From Eledone cirrhosa (taxonomy: Eukaryota): a DNA stretch of 64,000 bases. The notes beneath the pieces were generated by a model that was not told the origin of the DNA, ran no database searches, and was given only the letters and a program-made list of their open reading frames with translations. Location: contig OZ024742.1 of the NCBI GenBank assembly GCA_964016885.1, positions 323,888,001-323,952,000 of the forward strand, written 5' to 3'. The translations under genes and the position numbers were made by a program. Of the stretch, positions 1-15,930 are shown piece by piece (the first letter of the stretch is position 1; every line of letters starts with the position of its first letter).

Positions 1-289
1 TAAAAGCACATATCGTTATATGCTTTTTCTATGAAAATTAGTAGTGGGCAGACTAATTTGCATAGAGTGTGAGTACGTACCGGTTCAACGGAGACGATAA
101 AAAACAAATAACGAAACGAAATTAAATTTCGTTTCGTTTGTAACTCACTTTTGTATGACACGCTTAACAATTAAGTTAAAAATGTACATCCACATATGTA
201 TATATATACTGAAATATTCATATGCATACTAGTATTTCAGTATACATATGTGGATGTACATTTTTAACTTAATTGTTTAAGCGTCAGTC

Positions 290-1562
<1,273 letters not shown>

Positions 1563-1804
1563 CAATCTTTGAGGTGTGGGGTCAACTGGAAAGCTTCCAT
1601 TACTCATACTTCTCGCCTTCATCACTACCTCTTCTACGGCCTCGATATGAATACCCCCTCCGCCTCCGTGGTATTTTCTTCGTGGTTATAAGAGGCTTAG
1701 CTCTGTTTCTCGACCGTTATATCGCGTGACTATCTCCCCCTCCGCCTTTTGGGATTCTTTCTCACGTCGTGTAGACGCGTTCTTGAGACTAGTAAAATGA
1801 GGTA

Positions 1805-1892
1805 TCCTCTTGATAAGTCGGCAGACCTCGCAAGGACTCTATATCTTTGATATATTGTTTTTGTTTATGCCACGAAACTACGTAGTCGAGGA
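1805..1892 (+). ncRNA. Type I hammerhead ribozyme, copy 1 (predicted cleavage after 1887)
   Basis: Stem I tcctc/gagga; core TTGATAA (U3-A8); stem II gtcggca/tgccac with a 44-nt insert; GAAA at 1874-1877; palindromic ctacgtag stem III; GTC cleavage triplet. Confidence 0.78.
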
Positions 1893-2395
1893 ATTTAGGA
1901 ACAGTTTAGGTATGATACATTTTATTACTAATTATATCTAAATGTTTCTTCTCTCTTCATAATGTATTTTTTACTCTGATACTGGTTCAGTCTAGTTCAA
2001 ACTGAATTGGTCTGTCCCAGTCATTCATTGAGCAACATCGGTGAAGTTGGCACCCTTAACTCACAGTTGGGTGCGGATGCGTTCATGTATATATGTGTGC
2101 GTCCGCATGTATCTGCGTGTTTCTAAATATATTAATAACTCCCTCTGGTCGAGCAATCTTTGAGGTGTGGGGTCAACTGGAAAGCTTCCATTACTCATAC
2201 TTCTCGCCTTCATCACTACCTCTTCTACGGCCTCGATATGAATACCCCCTCCGCCTCCGTGGTATTTTCTTCGTGGTTATAAGAGGCTTAGCTCTGTTTC
2301 TCGACCGTTATATCGCGTGACTATCTCCCCCTCCGCCTTTTGGGATTCTTTCTCACGTCGTGTAGACGCGTTCTTGAGACTAGTAAAATGAGGTA

Positions 2396-2483
2396 TCCTC
2401 TTGATAAGTCGGCAGACCTCGCAAGGACTCTATATCTTTGATATATTGTTTTTGTTTATGCCACGAAACTACGTAGTCGAGGA
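2396..2483 (+). ncRNA. Type I hammerhead ribozyme, copy 2 (predicted cleavage after 2478)
   Basis: Identical to copy 1, offset by 591 nt. Confidence 0.78.
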
Positions 2484-2682
2484 ATTTAGGAACAGTTTAG
2501 GTATGATACATTTTATTACTAATTATATCTAAATGTTTCTTCTCTCTTCATAATGTACATATATATATATGTAGATAAATCTACCAAGAGTTTACGGTAG
2601 TGTCCAATCCTTATGAAGAACTCAATGTATTCCGGATATCATGGAAAGAAGAGATGTAATGAAAAATCACTTTCGGTGAAAG

Positions 2683-3519
<837 letters not shown>

Positions 3520-4123
3520 TCAGGTCACCAGTTGGTGCTACTGGTAACATGTATCCCAGTACAACCTGTCTCATGGTCGGGTCGTTGGCGACTAAACTAG
3601 CAACCCCACCAAGGTTTCTTGGTGAGGAGGGTGACTTTGGACATCCTGCAGGACTAATAACAAAACCTGTCAAAGGGCAAAGGAGCTCTTAAGAGTCAAT
3701 GGCCATCCAAAATCACTGGGAGAGATGACCCCTTAGCCTTTGTCAAGGCAGAATTCTAGGAGAAGGAAAACTCTGATATAACACCTGCAACCCTGATGGT
3801 ATCCAATGATGTTGACTTGTTCTTCTTTTTGGTAAATATCATCATGGTTAAGAGAGTGGGACTGGCTTTGTGCAGTGCCTTTGCTCACTATAAAAGCTTC
3901 ACGGCACAGCATTGCTTTATATTTGGAGATTTCTCTGCACTTGCCGTCACATGGTACCATGGGCCCAGCACTGTGTCAATAATTGTCACAAGTGTAGTGT
4001 TTGTACCAGAGTTTTCAAGTCGCTGGCTGGACTAAAAATTCACACTCGTTCAGCGCATTGGTAGGGGTTCTCCTACATGAATATAAAATAGTGGCCGTAC
4101 TCGAAAATGAGTTGGCAGCCACC

Positions 4124-4126
<3 letters not shown>
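3520..4126 (+). mobile_element. Internally deleted RTE/BovB-type element (5' UTR-like part joined to a 3' zinc-finger end)
   Basis: The ctaggagaaggaaaactctgat motif is typical of RTE 5' regions. The 3' part encodes [22 protein letters not shown] and runs into a TATG tail. A related 5' motif (aagagtcaacggccatc) recurs near 45930. Confidence 0.55.
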
Positions 4127-4213
<87 letters not shown>

Positions 4214-4236
4214 GTATATATATGTATATATATATG

Positions 4237-4267
<31 letters not shown>

Positions 4268-4468
4268 GTGTATATGTATGTATATATATGTATATATATA
4301 TGTATATATATGTATATATATATGTATATATATATGTATATATATATATATATGTGTATATATATATATATATATATGTGTATATATATATATATATGTG
4401 TATATATATATATATGTATATATATATGTATATATATATATATATGTATATGTATATATATGTATATG

Positions 4469-4501
<33 letters not shown>

Positions 4502-4504
4502 GTG

Positions 4505-4540
<36 letters not shown>

Positions 4541-4590
4541 TATGTATATGTATATATATGTATATATATGTATGTGTATATATATATATA
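4127..4590. repeat. (TA)n/(TATG) microsatellite
   Basis: Direct reading. Confidence 0.95.
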
Positions 4591-6005
4591 TCATCATCAT
4601 CATCATCATCAGGTTTAGCGTCCGTGTTCCACGCTTGCATGGGTTTGGACGGGGGTTTTCCCACTTGAGGCAAGAGTGGTTGTCTTGCTCGCATAGGACT
4701 GTCTGGCGGGTTTTCTACAGTTGGATGCCCTTCCTAACACCAACCACATTTACAGTGTGGGGCTGGGAGGTTTTTACCGTGTTGCCTACACGGCCACATT
4801 TACAGCGTGGACTGTGTGTTTTTTGTCGTGACACCTACACGATCTCATTTGTTTCGGCCTGGATGTTGTGGGACCAACATAACTTTACATTGAAAGGGCC
4901 GGTGTGGGTGGGGTGGAGGTGGTGGGACGGGGGTGTGTTTTGATAGAGATGCCTACTGACTGTAGTAGGTTTTTACTTTGTATTTAGGTAAGGCGGGTCT
5001 TCTCTATTACTGAGTACCGCCAAAGGTCTCGGTCCAGTGACATTGTCTTGGAGAGGTGTAAGCGTGTGAGGTCGGAATTTATCAGCTCGTCCCATGTTTT
5101 TCTGGGTCTGCCTACTCCGTGGCTACCGTCTATCTTTATTGCCCTGCACTTTGTTATACAGCTGTCGTCTTTCATGCGCATCACGTGACCGTACCAACGT
5201 AGCCTTCTCTCGAGTAAACAACATCTGATCCCTCTTATTTCTAATTTTTTCCTTAGTTCGTTTATGCTTTGCCGTTCACGTATATTACTATTGCACATCC
5301 AGCGGAGCATGCAAGCTTCGTTCCTCTCTAGTCTGCGTATATCCTCTGCACACAATGCCCAGGTCTCACTGCCATGCAGCATTGCTGTTCGTATGCAGGC
5401 ATCGTATAACCTGCCTTTCATTTTTAGGGAGAACCCTCTAGCGGCTAATAGTGGTATAAGCTCTCTGAACTTTTTCCATCCAGTTCTGACTCTAGCTACT
5501 GTACTTTCAGAGCACCCTCCCCCACTGCTGATTTTGTCACCCAGATAACGGAAGCTGTCCACTATTTCTATAGAACCCTCTGCGCAGTTGAAGGAGCTAG
5601 TATTTTGTGGGCACTTGCTGCTACTTATTGCACCAGAGCACCGGCCACATGTAAAATCTATGTTCTTAGTTAGCTTACCTGTGATCCCACTACATCTTTT
5701 ATGCACCCATACTTTGCATTTGGGACATAAAATGGAGTTTCTACCTACGCCTTTCCTACACACTGAGCATGGCCATTTCCCCGATGGGACCGCCGCCTTA
5801 TTTTCTTTCCTACAAACTAGAACTTTAGTCTTAGCCAGGTTAATTTTAAGGCCTTTTGATTCTAGGCCGTGCTTCCACGTTTGGAATTTCTTCTCTAGTT
5901 CGGTCATTGATTCAGCTATGAGCGTTAGATCATCTGCGTATAGGAGTTCCCATGGGCAGCCGGTCTTGAACTCCTCTGTTATAGCCTGAAGGGCAATAAT
6001 AAATA
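4591..6005 (-). mobile_element. RTE LINE family 1, partial copy (RT C-terminal half, PHD, 3' UTR, (GAT)n tail), cut by an assembly gap
   Basis: Open frame 4984-6005 with LLYADD; near-identical to the element at 27377-31591. Confidence 0.93.
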
Positions 6006-6205
6006 NNNNNNNNNNNNNNNNNNNNNNNNNNNNNNNNNNNNNNNNNNNNNNNNNNNNNNNNNNNNNNNNNNNNNNNNNNNNNNNNNNNNNNNNNNNNNNN
6101 NNNNNNNNNNNNNNNNNNNNNNNNNNNNNNNNNNNNNNNNNNNNNNNNNNNNNNNNNNNNNNNNNNNNNNNNNNNNNNNNNNNNNNNNNNNNNNNNNNNN
6201 NNNNN
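6006..6205. other. Assembly gap (200 N)
   Basis: Run of n. Confidence 0.99.
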
Positions 6206-7580
<1,375 letters not shown>

Positions 7581-7731
7581 TATGGTGGCCGCCAACTCGC
7601 TTTCGAGTACGGCCACCACTTTATATCCATGTAGGAGAACCCCTACCGATGCGCTGAACGAGTGTGACTTCTCAGTCCAGCCAGCGACTTGAAAACTCTG
7701 GTACAAACACCACACCCGCGATAATCATCGA
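7581..7731 (-). mobile_element. 3' end of an RTE/BovB-type LINE with C2H2-like finger
   Basis: Encodes [23 protein letters not shown]; inverted relative of 3990-4126. Confidence 0.7.
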
Positions 7732-7770
7732 CACATACATACATACATATATATATATACATACATACAT

Positions 7771-7805
<35 letters not shown>

Positions 7806-7927
7806 CACATACATATATATACACATACATATATATATATATACATATATACAAATATACATACATATATATGCATACACATATACATATATACATACAC
7901 ATATAGACATATATATATACACATATA

Positions 7928-7965
<38 letters not shown>

Positions 7966-8010
7966 AACATAGACATATATATATATATATATATATACAT
8001 AAACATAGAC

Positions 8011-8041
<31 letters not shown>

Positions 8042-8078
8042 CTCACATATATATATTTATATATATACATACATACAT

Positions 8079-8110
<32 letters not shown>

Positions 8111-8993
8111 ATACATACATATACACATATAAAATACATATATATATATACATACAAACATACATACATACATACATATATATAGAGAGAGACAGAGATA
8201 GAGAGATATACATACACATTGGAGTGGATTTTTGGGGGGGCTTTCTTAGGCCCATATTTGAACAAAGTCTTAATAATCATCATCATTATCCCCATTATTA
8301 AACATTATTAACAGACAGCGTATAGAATGTGAAGATGGTGGTGGTAATGGTGGACGTTGGTGGGGGTTCTTTATGTACATTTTTCATGGTAATATTGCCA
8401 AACAATCAATGACAAAAAAAAGGGGTCAGAAGGGAAATAAAATATAAATTGAACATTTGAAATTTTAATTAATTAAAAAAAAAAATTTAATCAAAGAAAT
8501 TTGAAAACACACATAGACACACACAGAGACACAGACACACAGACAAATGAATAAAAAAAAAAGGAAAAAACCCTGAAATGTTCTGATGTATTGGATTAAA
8601 TATTTTATAAACCTATTTTGTAGTTTGCTGTAGGTATTGTTGTTAAAGAGGTATGGATGAAACAGTGAGAAGTGGGGTAAGGTGTGTGTGAGGGAGGAGA
8701 GAGAAAGAGAGGGAAAAAGAAAGGGGAGGGGGAGAGAAAGAGAGAGAGAGAATGAGAGAGGGGGAAACATTTTGAATAGCTGTTTTCACTAGACTTTTAT
8801 ATGTATGTATGTGTGTATATACATTATTGACACACATACAAACAAAACATCTATACATACACATACATACATGCATATATTTCTTTTATCAATACTCTGA
8901 GGTTTGTACAGATCACTTGTCAAACATACAAACTCTACCTCATGTATTGAGTACTTTTTCTTCTAATTTGTAAATTCAAACACCATATCTACA

Positions 8994-9032
<39 letters not shown>

Positions 9033-10356
9033 ATACACAGATACACACATACATAGAAATATACTCCTTCAGACATGACTGACTATGGGTTTGCACCTAG
9101 AAAGATCCTTTCTAAGATGCAAGCTTGGGCAAGTTGTTGCCTATGCATACCAGTCTCCCTTCTCCACACTACCAATGCCGTCCAAGTAAAGGGCAAAAGC
9201 TGATACAGCTAGGCCCCAGTGTTGTAATTAATTTTTTCGAGCTGAATGGACTGGAGCAATATGAAATAAAGTGCCTTGTTCAAGCACATGGTCTGATATT
9301 TGGTTTGGCAATCAAACACGTGACCATACAATTGTGAGCCCAAATCTCTAACCAGAAAGACATACAACTTCATGTATATCACACACTTATATAGTGGCAG
9401 ACATGTTTTATTGTGTTAAACACTGTGTTTTTGTAGCTCAGTAATCATATTTGTGTGGTGTTCTTGGCTGGTTTAACTTTTTTTGTATTTGTTTACTATT
9501 ATTGTATTGTTGGGTGGAGTTGTGAGAGAAAATATTTTATGGCACCACAACTGGATGGTAATACAGGACCAGCAACATATCCTCATGATTGCATAACTAC
9601 ACATTAAGTGTTCTATTGTAGATATTACTCACACTAGCTGGTTGACTGGTAGTCTTCAGATTACCAACAGATTTACTCAATGCAAACAAACATGAGTTTA
9701 TTCTCAAGAGATATAGAAAGATCAAGAGACAAGCCATCCCATGACACTAAATGTAAAAAATAAAGCTGTTACCATATTTTTTATTTCTTCAAAAGATGTC
9801 TTCATTCCATCTGAAGACAGTCAGCTGGTATGAAACTGAGTAGTTGTAGTATTGGTGGTGGCTCTGTTTTGTTGTTGGTAGTAGTGAATTGTTGTTGGCG
9901 GTAGTGGGTTGTTGTTAGTGGTAGTGTGAGTTGTTAGTGGTAGTGTGAGTTGTTAGTGGTGGTGATGGAAGTGTGCTGACTGTCATGGTGGTCATGGTAG
10001 AGGAGATGGTTGTAGTGGGGTTGTGTTGTAGTCAGACTGTGTGTTGGCTGTGGTAGTCATGGTAATGGTAGAGTGGTGGTTGTATTTTAGCCATTAAGTT
10101 AGTTATGCTATCATCAAAGAAAGGAATTCAGTTCAGCTAAGTTTTAGTAGGGTAAAGGAGAGAAAGGGGACGGGAGGAAAAGAAGTGGAAGGAGCTGAAT
10201 AAGGAGAGGGAGAGGGTAAGGAAGGAGAAGAAAATCAACAGCAATAACAACAACGACAACAAATGAAAACAAAAAAAATCTTTCTTTTCCCCCTGTTGTA
10301 TTCATTTTACATTATGTGTTACTAAGTTTCAGAAGTGTCCATAAATTCAGTTGTGT

Positions 10357-11035
10357 TCACTTAATTCTTGACCTACTCGGAGTACTACTAGTAGTTTCCA
10401 GGGACTGCCACTCGTCATCACTATCTTGAGCCCACACCTCATTGTCCCAGCCAAAATTGTCCTGAGCTTTGCCTGTATCTGAGCCAAGGTCGAGCAGATT
10501 ACCAACGAGTGGTTCATTCTGTTTGCCAGTGAAATCATTGTTCCAATCAGAAGCCTCATAACAGCCAGCAGCAGCAGAGGTTGGGGTGTTTTGGGGACCC
10601 TTATTCTGTAGTGGCTTTGTTGACGATGGCGTTGTCTTCTTTTTGTTACTCAAAGCCGGGCTTTCCATAGCAGAAGTTGATGTGGTAGAGGATGCAGGTG
10701 AGGCGGAGCCCCTCGTATTACCCATCTGCCAGTCATCCCAATCAGAAATGAAATCAGACTTCTTGGACGGCGTTTTACCAGCCCCTGTTCTCGAGCTGTC
10801 ATTTTCCAACTGGCCGGCATTTAACCATTTCTCCAGCTCATTCATTTCATTCTTTTTAGCAGCAGCAGCAGCTGCAGCACTGGAGTTGTCTTGTGAAATG
10901 TCTGTCAGAGGACTTTGGCCCTTCCCACTACCACTGTTGCTGCTAACATTACCTTCTCCAGGGTGCCAGTCCCCAGCGCCCCAGCTCCCCCAAGAATCTT
11001 CATCATCTGACAACAACCGGTTCTTGCTGGGATCT
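10357..11035 (-). CDS. ARFGAP1: ARFGAP1 terminal coding exon, low-complexity tail with acidic Trp motifs, TGA at 10357-10359
   Basis: Long polypyrimidine tract plus tgtag acceptor. The phase-2 junction gives K-DPSKNRLLSDDEDSW... and an open frame to the stop. DSWGSW, SDWDDW and GWDNEVW motifs are typical of ARFGAP1 C-termini. Confidence 0.88.
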
Positions 11036-11655
11036 CTACAGAAAAGAGAAAAGAAAGAAAAAGGAAAAAAAAACCATTAAAAACTAACTGCTTTTGTACA
11101 TGCACAAATACAGTTTTTAAAATTATATCAGATATTATAACCATCATTATTTTATGTCTGTTTATCTATACACACCATATTTCTGTGAGTTATAAGAGCA
11201 TCCAGCTATAAAACATTGCCTCAAAATATCTTGTCCAACCTATGCCAACATGGAAAAGTGGATACAAAAATGATGCTGAATATAATATCATTAGATATTA
11301 TATACCACCATCATAATCGTCATTGTTGTTACTTCTGATTTTCCATATGAGCATGGGTTGGCCAAGACATTTTAGTGGCAGTACTCTACAGTTGGACACA
11401 CTTCCTGACAATAACCCTTATTTTTCTTTTAAAGTAAGGCTCAGATCTTTCACTCATTAAACCACTGAGCTGCAGGATATATTGTTTATGTAGGACAAAC
11501 AAATGCCACTGCTTGTGTAAACAATGATAAATGTGAAGCAAAGGTGTACACACACACACACACACACCTACATATGATTCTGCAACAGCGAATATTGTTA
11601 ATGCAGAATCATTGGAAAAAAAGAAAAAAGTTAACTCTCTATATATTTCACCTAC

Positions 11656-11804
11656 TTTCCTTTTATTGGTGATCCATTTCCTCCTCCCAGGAGTGACGTT
11701 TTCTCTCCAGGGCTAGTATCAGCAGTAGCAAGAGTTGTTTTTGGTTCTCCACCCCACAGTGAGGAAGACAAGCCTTGCCAGCCTTTAGCGCTAGCTGATG
11801 ACAA
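11656..11804 (-). CDS. ARFGAP1: ARFGAP1 penultimate coding exon (LSSASAKGWQGLSSSLWGGEPK...SPIKG)
   Basis: ttgcag acceptor, gtaggt donor, 149 nt, phase 0/2. The KGW motif matches ARFGAP1 GSKGWRDV. The phase joins correctly to the last exon. Confidence 0.88.
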
Positions 11805-12269
11805 CTGCAAAACATATGTTAATAGATTAGGTAAACATAACATAAACATTAGGAAAACATCATCATCATTGTTGTTTTACATCTGCTTTTACATGCTTGC
11901 ATGAGTCTTTGGATGGGTCTTTTCCAGTACAGCATCCTTCCATTTAGTGTAGTACTTCATCTCTTCTGTGAGCTTCAGCAATATGAGATCAGCTCTCACA
12001 ACCTCTGCCCAGGTTGCCCTTGGTCTTCCTGCACTACAGCTGCTTTCTACTGGGATTTTTAGCCATGTGGAAGACAAAATTCTGCATGTCTCATGAAACC
12101 ATGGCTCTGCACCTGGAAAGATCTTTCCCAAGGTGCAGGCCTGGACAAGGTTTCTTTGTAGAAGACCAGCAGTCACTCATGCATGTAAGTCTCCCACTTC
12201 TATGCCACTGATGTTTTTCAAGGGAAAGGCAAGAGCTGATATAGCTTGACAACAAAGTGAACTCTGGAT

Positions 12270-12690
12270 GCAATTTGGGGTCAAGGGAGAGTCGATTATA
12301 TCAACCCCACTGCATTACTGGTACTTTATTTTATCAATCCCTGAAGGATGAAAGGCAAAGTTGAACACTGGATTTGAACTCAGAACATGAAGAGCCAGAA
12401 CAAATACTTTTAAACTTTTATCTTATGCTCTAACAACTCTGCTCATCCAATGTCCTACTAACAATAATAATTGTTTCTACTATAAGCACAAGGCCAGCAA
12501 TTTGAAGGGGAGGGGAAAGTCAATTAAATCGACCCCAGTGCATTGCTGGTGCTTATTTTATCAACCCCGTATGGATGAAAGGCAAAGTTAACCGTGGCGG
12601 GATTTGAACTCAGAACGTAAAGGGCCGTAACTCTATGACACAAAGCAGGGTGTCCGGCGCTCTACCAATACTGCTTATCCACCTACTAAC
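12270..12690 (-). mobile_element. Two tandem tRNA-derived SINEs
   Basis: Each has a gagttcaaatcc B-box and a ctttgcctttcatcc...gataaaataa..accag core, with TTA/TTG tails. Confidence 0.75.
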
Positions 12691-13066
12691 AATAATAATG
12701 GTTTATGACCACACATTTTGTGGGAAGGTTTAGTAATTAAACTGATCTCTGGTACAGAGTTGCTAGACTGAGCTACAAGTAGCAGATTTCACTACTTTTC
12801 AGGAATGCATGCTAGTATTTTTTATTATTAACTTATTATTATTTATATAATTGCTAGCATGGAAGATGGACGTTAAACGAAGATGATGATGATGATGATT
12901 ATTATTATTGATGTAAATATTAAGAAGGTATAGTAATTAATTAAGTTTAATTAATTACTATACCTTCCCTCAAAATGTGTGGCCATAAACCATTATTATT
13001 GTTAGTAGGTGGATTGGCAGTATCAGTTGAGCGCCAAATACCCTGCTTTATACATTATATATATAT

Positions 13067-14840
13067 ATCATCATCATCATCATCATCAACGTTTAACGTC
13101 CGTGTTCCACGCTTGCATGGGTTTGGACGGGGGTAGTCCCACTTGAGGCAAGAGTGATTGTCTTGCTCGCATAGGACTGTCTGGCAGGTTTTCTACAGTT
13201 GGATGCCCTTCCTAACACCAACCACATTTACAGTGTGGGTCTGGGAGGTTTTTACCGTGTTGCCTACACGGCCACATTACAGCGTGGACTGTGTGTTTTT
13301 TTGTCGTGACACCTACACGATCTCATTTGTTTCGGCCTGGATGTTGTGGGACCAACATAACTTTACATTGAAAGGGGCGGTGTGGATGGGGTGGAGGTGG
13401 TGGGACGGGGGTGTGTTTTGATAAGAGATGCCTACTGACTGTAGTAGGTTTTTACTTTGTATTTAGGTAAGGCGGGTCTTCTCTATTACTGAGTACCGCC
13501 AAAGGTCTCGGTCCAGTGACATTGTCTTGGAGAGGTGTAAGCGTGTGAGGTCGGAGTTTATCAGCTCGTCCCAGGTTTTTCTAGGTCTGCCTATTCCGTG
13601 ACTACCGTCTATCTTTATTGCCCTGCACTTTGTTATACAGCTATCGACTTTCATGCGCATCACGTGTCCATGCCAACGTAGCCTTCTCTCGAGTAAACAA
13701 CATCTGATCCCTCTTATCTCTAATTTTTTCCTTAGTTCGTTTATGCTTTGCCGTTCACGTATATTACTGTTACACATCCAGCGGAGCATGCAAGCTTCGT
13801 TCCTCTCTAGTCTGCGTATATCCTCTGCACACAATGCCCAGGTCTCACTGCCATGCAGCATTGCTGTTCGTATGCAGGCATCGTACAACCTGCCTTTCAT
13901 TTTTAGGGAGAACCCTTTAGCAGCTAATAGTGGTATAAGCTCTCTGAACTTTTTCCAACCAGTTCTGACTCTAGCTTCAGTACTTTCAGAGCACCCTCCC
14001 CCACTGCTGATTTTATCGCCCAGGTAACGGAAGCTGTCCACTATTTCTATAGAACCCTCTGCGCAATTGAAAGAGCTAGTATTTTGTGGGCACTTGCTGC
14101 TACTTATTGCACCAGAGCACCGGCCACATGTAAAATCTATGTTCTTAGTTAGCTTACCTGTGATCCCACTACATCTTTTATGCACCCATACTTTGCATTT
14201 AGGACATAAAATGGAGTTTCTACCTACGCCTTTCCTACACACCGAGCACGACCATTTCCCAGAAGGGACCGCCGCCTTGTTTTCTTTCCTACAAACTAGT
14301 ACTTTGGTCTTAGCCAGGTTAATTTTAAGTCCTTTTGACTCTAGGCCGTGCTTCCATGTTTGGGATTTCTTCTCTAGCTCGGCCATTGATTCCGCTATGA
14401 GTGTCAGGTCGTCTGCGTATAGGAGTTCCCATGGGCAGCCTGTCTTGAACTCCTCTGTTATAGCCTGAAGGGCAATAATAAATAGTAGTGGGCTGAGAAC
14501 AGAGCCCTGATGGACGCCAACTTTTACGCTAAACTCTTCACTATATTCGTTGTTAATTCTAACCTTGCTGACTGTTTCTTTATACATGGCTTGTATAGCC
14601 CTCACAAGCCATTCGTCAACGCCTAGTTTTCTAAGAGCCCACCAGATAATGGAGCGGGGGACTCTGTCGAAGGCTTTCTCCAAGTCGACAAAAGCTAAGT
14701 AGAGGGGTTTACCTTTAGCTAGGTACTTCTCCTGTAGTTGTCGTACTATGAAAAGAGCGTCTGTGGTACTTTTGCCTGACACAAACCCGAACTGCATTTC
14801 ATCTAGGTCAATTCTCTCTCTGATTAGTTGCGCTATTACT
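13067..14840 (-). mobile_element. RTE LINE family 1, 5'-truncated copy
   Basis: Uninterrupted RT+PHD frame 13463-14840, (GAT)n tail, TA tracts at both ends. Confidence 0.95.
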
Positions 14841-15870
14841 TTTATATATATATATACTTTTATATATATATAAAATAAAAAGTGACAAACACAGAGATAC
14901 AAAAACAATTAGTCTCAGTTTCATGCTTTGGATGAAAGAGAGAAAAAAATGTGTGTATACTGGTTTTTAGAGTAGGTACATCATATCCCTGCATGTAAGA
15001 AGTGACTAAAAGGGTTGACCACCAGGAAGGGCATCCAACTGCAAACAATGGTCCCAAAACATCCTGTCCAACCCATGCCAGCATGAGGAGATGGATGTAA
15101 AAACGATGATGATGATGATATTATATATATATATGTATATAACTTCTTGCTATTTCAAGCGTTAAATTAATATATTCCTTCCATATACTGTACCGTTTGT
15201 ATTGTTATTTTGTTTACCTTTTACATACATATATACACAACAGGCTTCCTTACAGTTTCCAAATACAAAATTCACTCACAAGACCATAGTAGAAAATGCT
15301 TCCTTATGGTGCAATGCAGTGGGTCAAAGACTGAAATCAAACTTCATCCATCACATAGTTATGACTGTACCTAGTCATGCTTACAACCACAGAAGAGTTA
15401 ACACTTTTAACACCAACATGTTTTAAACTACATCTATTAAAGCATTGAAACTTTAAATTCAATTCTCATTTTTACACGAGGAGTAAATAAAAATTTGTCT
15501 TTTGTGTCACTAAAGCTTTCATAAATCTTGATTATAATCAATAATTATTGATTATTTTGAAAAAAAAAAAGAAAAAGAAAACAAAAACCACCAAAAAAAC
15601 AATACAAAGACAATGTATTTTTCAGCCCAACCTCCCACATGTTTGACCACATGTGTACCTTCAACAACGAAATGTATCTCATTAACACTAAATAAAAATA
15701 GAATACTTTAACTGTAAAACAAAACAACATATTTAGACAGAAACCCAAATGAAATACAAATTTTGTGTGTGTGAGCATGTGTGTGAGCTATGAGAGCATG
15801 TGAGTGTGAGTGTGTGTACACATGTCAGGGTGTGAGGGTTATAATAAGCAAGGGGTGTGCTTGAACATAC

Positions 15871-15930
15871 CTTGAAAGCAAAGCCGCTCATGGATGAGCC
15901 GACGTCATTCAACAGTGTTCCCTCTTTCAC
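15871..15930 (-). CDS. ARFGAP1: ARFGAP1 60-nt exon, copy B (VKEGTLLNDVGSSMSGFAFK)
   Basis: cattttag acceptor, gtatgt donor, phase 0/0. Similar to vertebrate VKEGKIFDDVSSGVSQLASK. Confidence 0.88.

Larger units (their letters stand above)
1563..2557 (+). mobile_element. Hammerhead-bearing tandem retroelement (retrozyme / Penelope pseudo-LTR-like), about 1.7 units of a 591-bp monomer
   Basis: 1563-1966 is repeated at 2154-2557 with no difference seen by eye. CpG-rich, flanked by (TA)n on both sides, with a hammerhead motif in each copy and no protein homology. Confidence 0.8.

Noticed and set aside
2093-2320. 75-aa ORF in the hammerhead element
   Set aside because: No recognisable motif; expected by chance.
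2571-2682. Short unique island between TA tracts with small hairpins
   Set aside because: No ribozyme core or family assignment could be made by eye.
8300-10356. Exact end of the ARFGAP1 3' UTR
   Set aside because: Several AATAAA candidates on the minus strand; cannot choose without transcript data.
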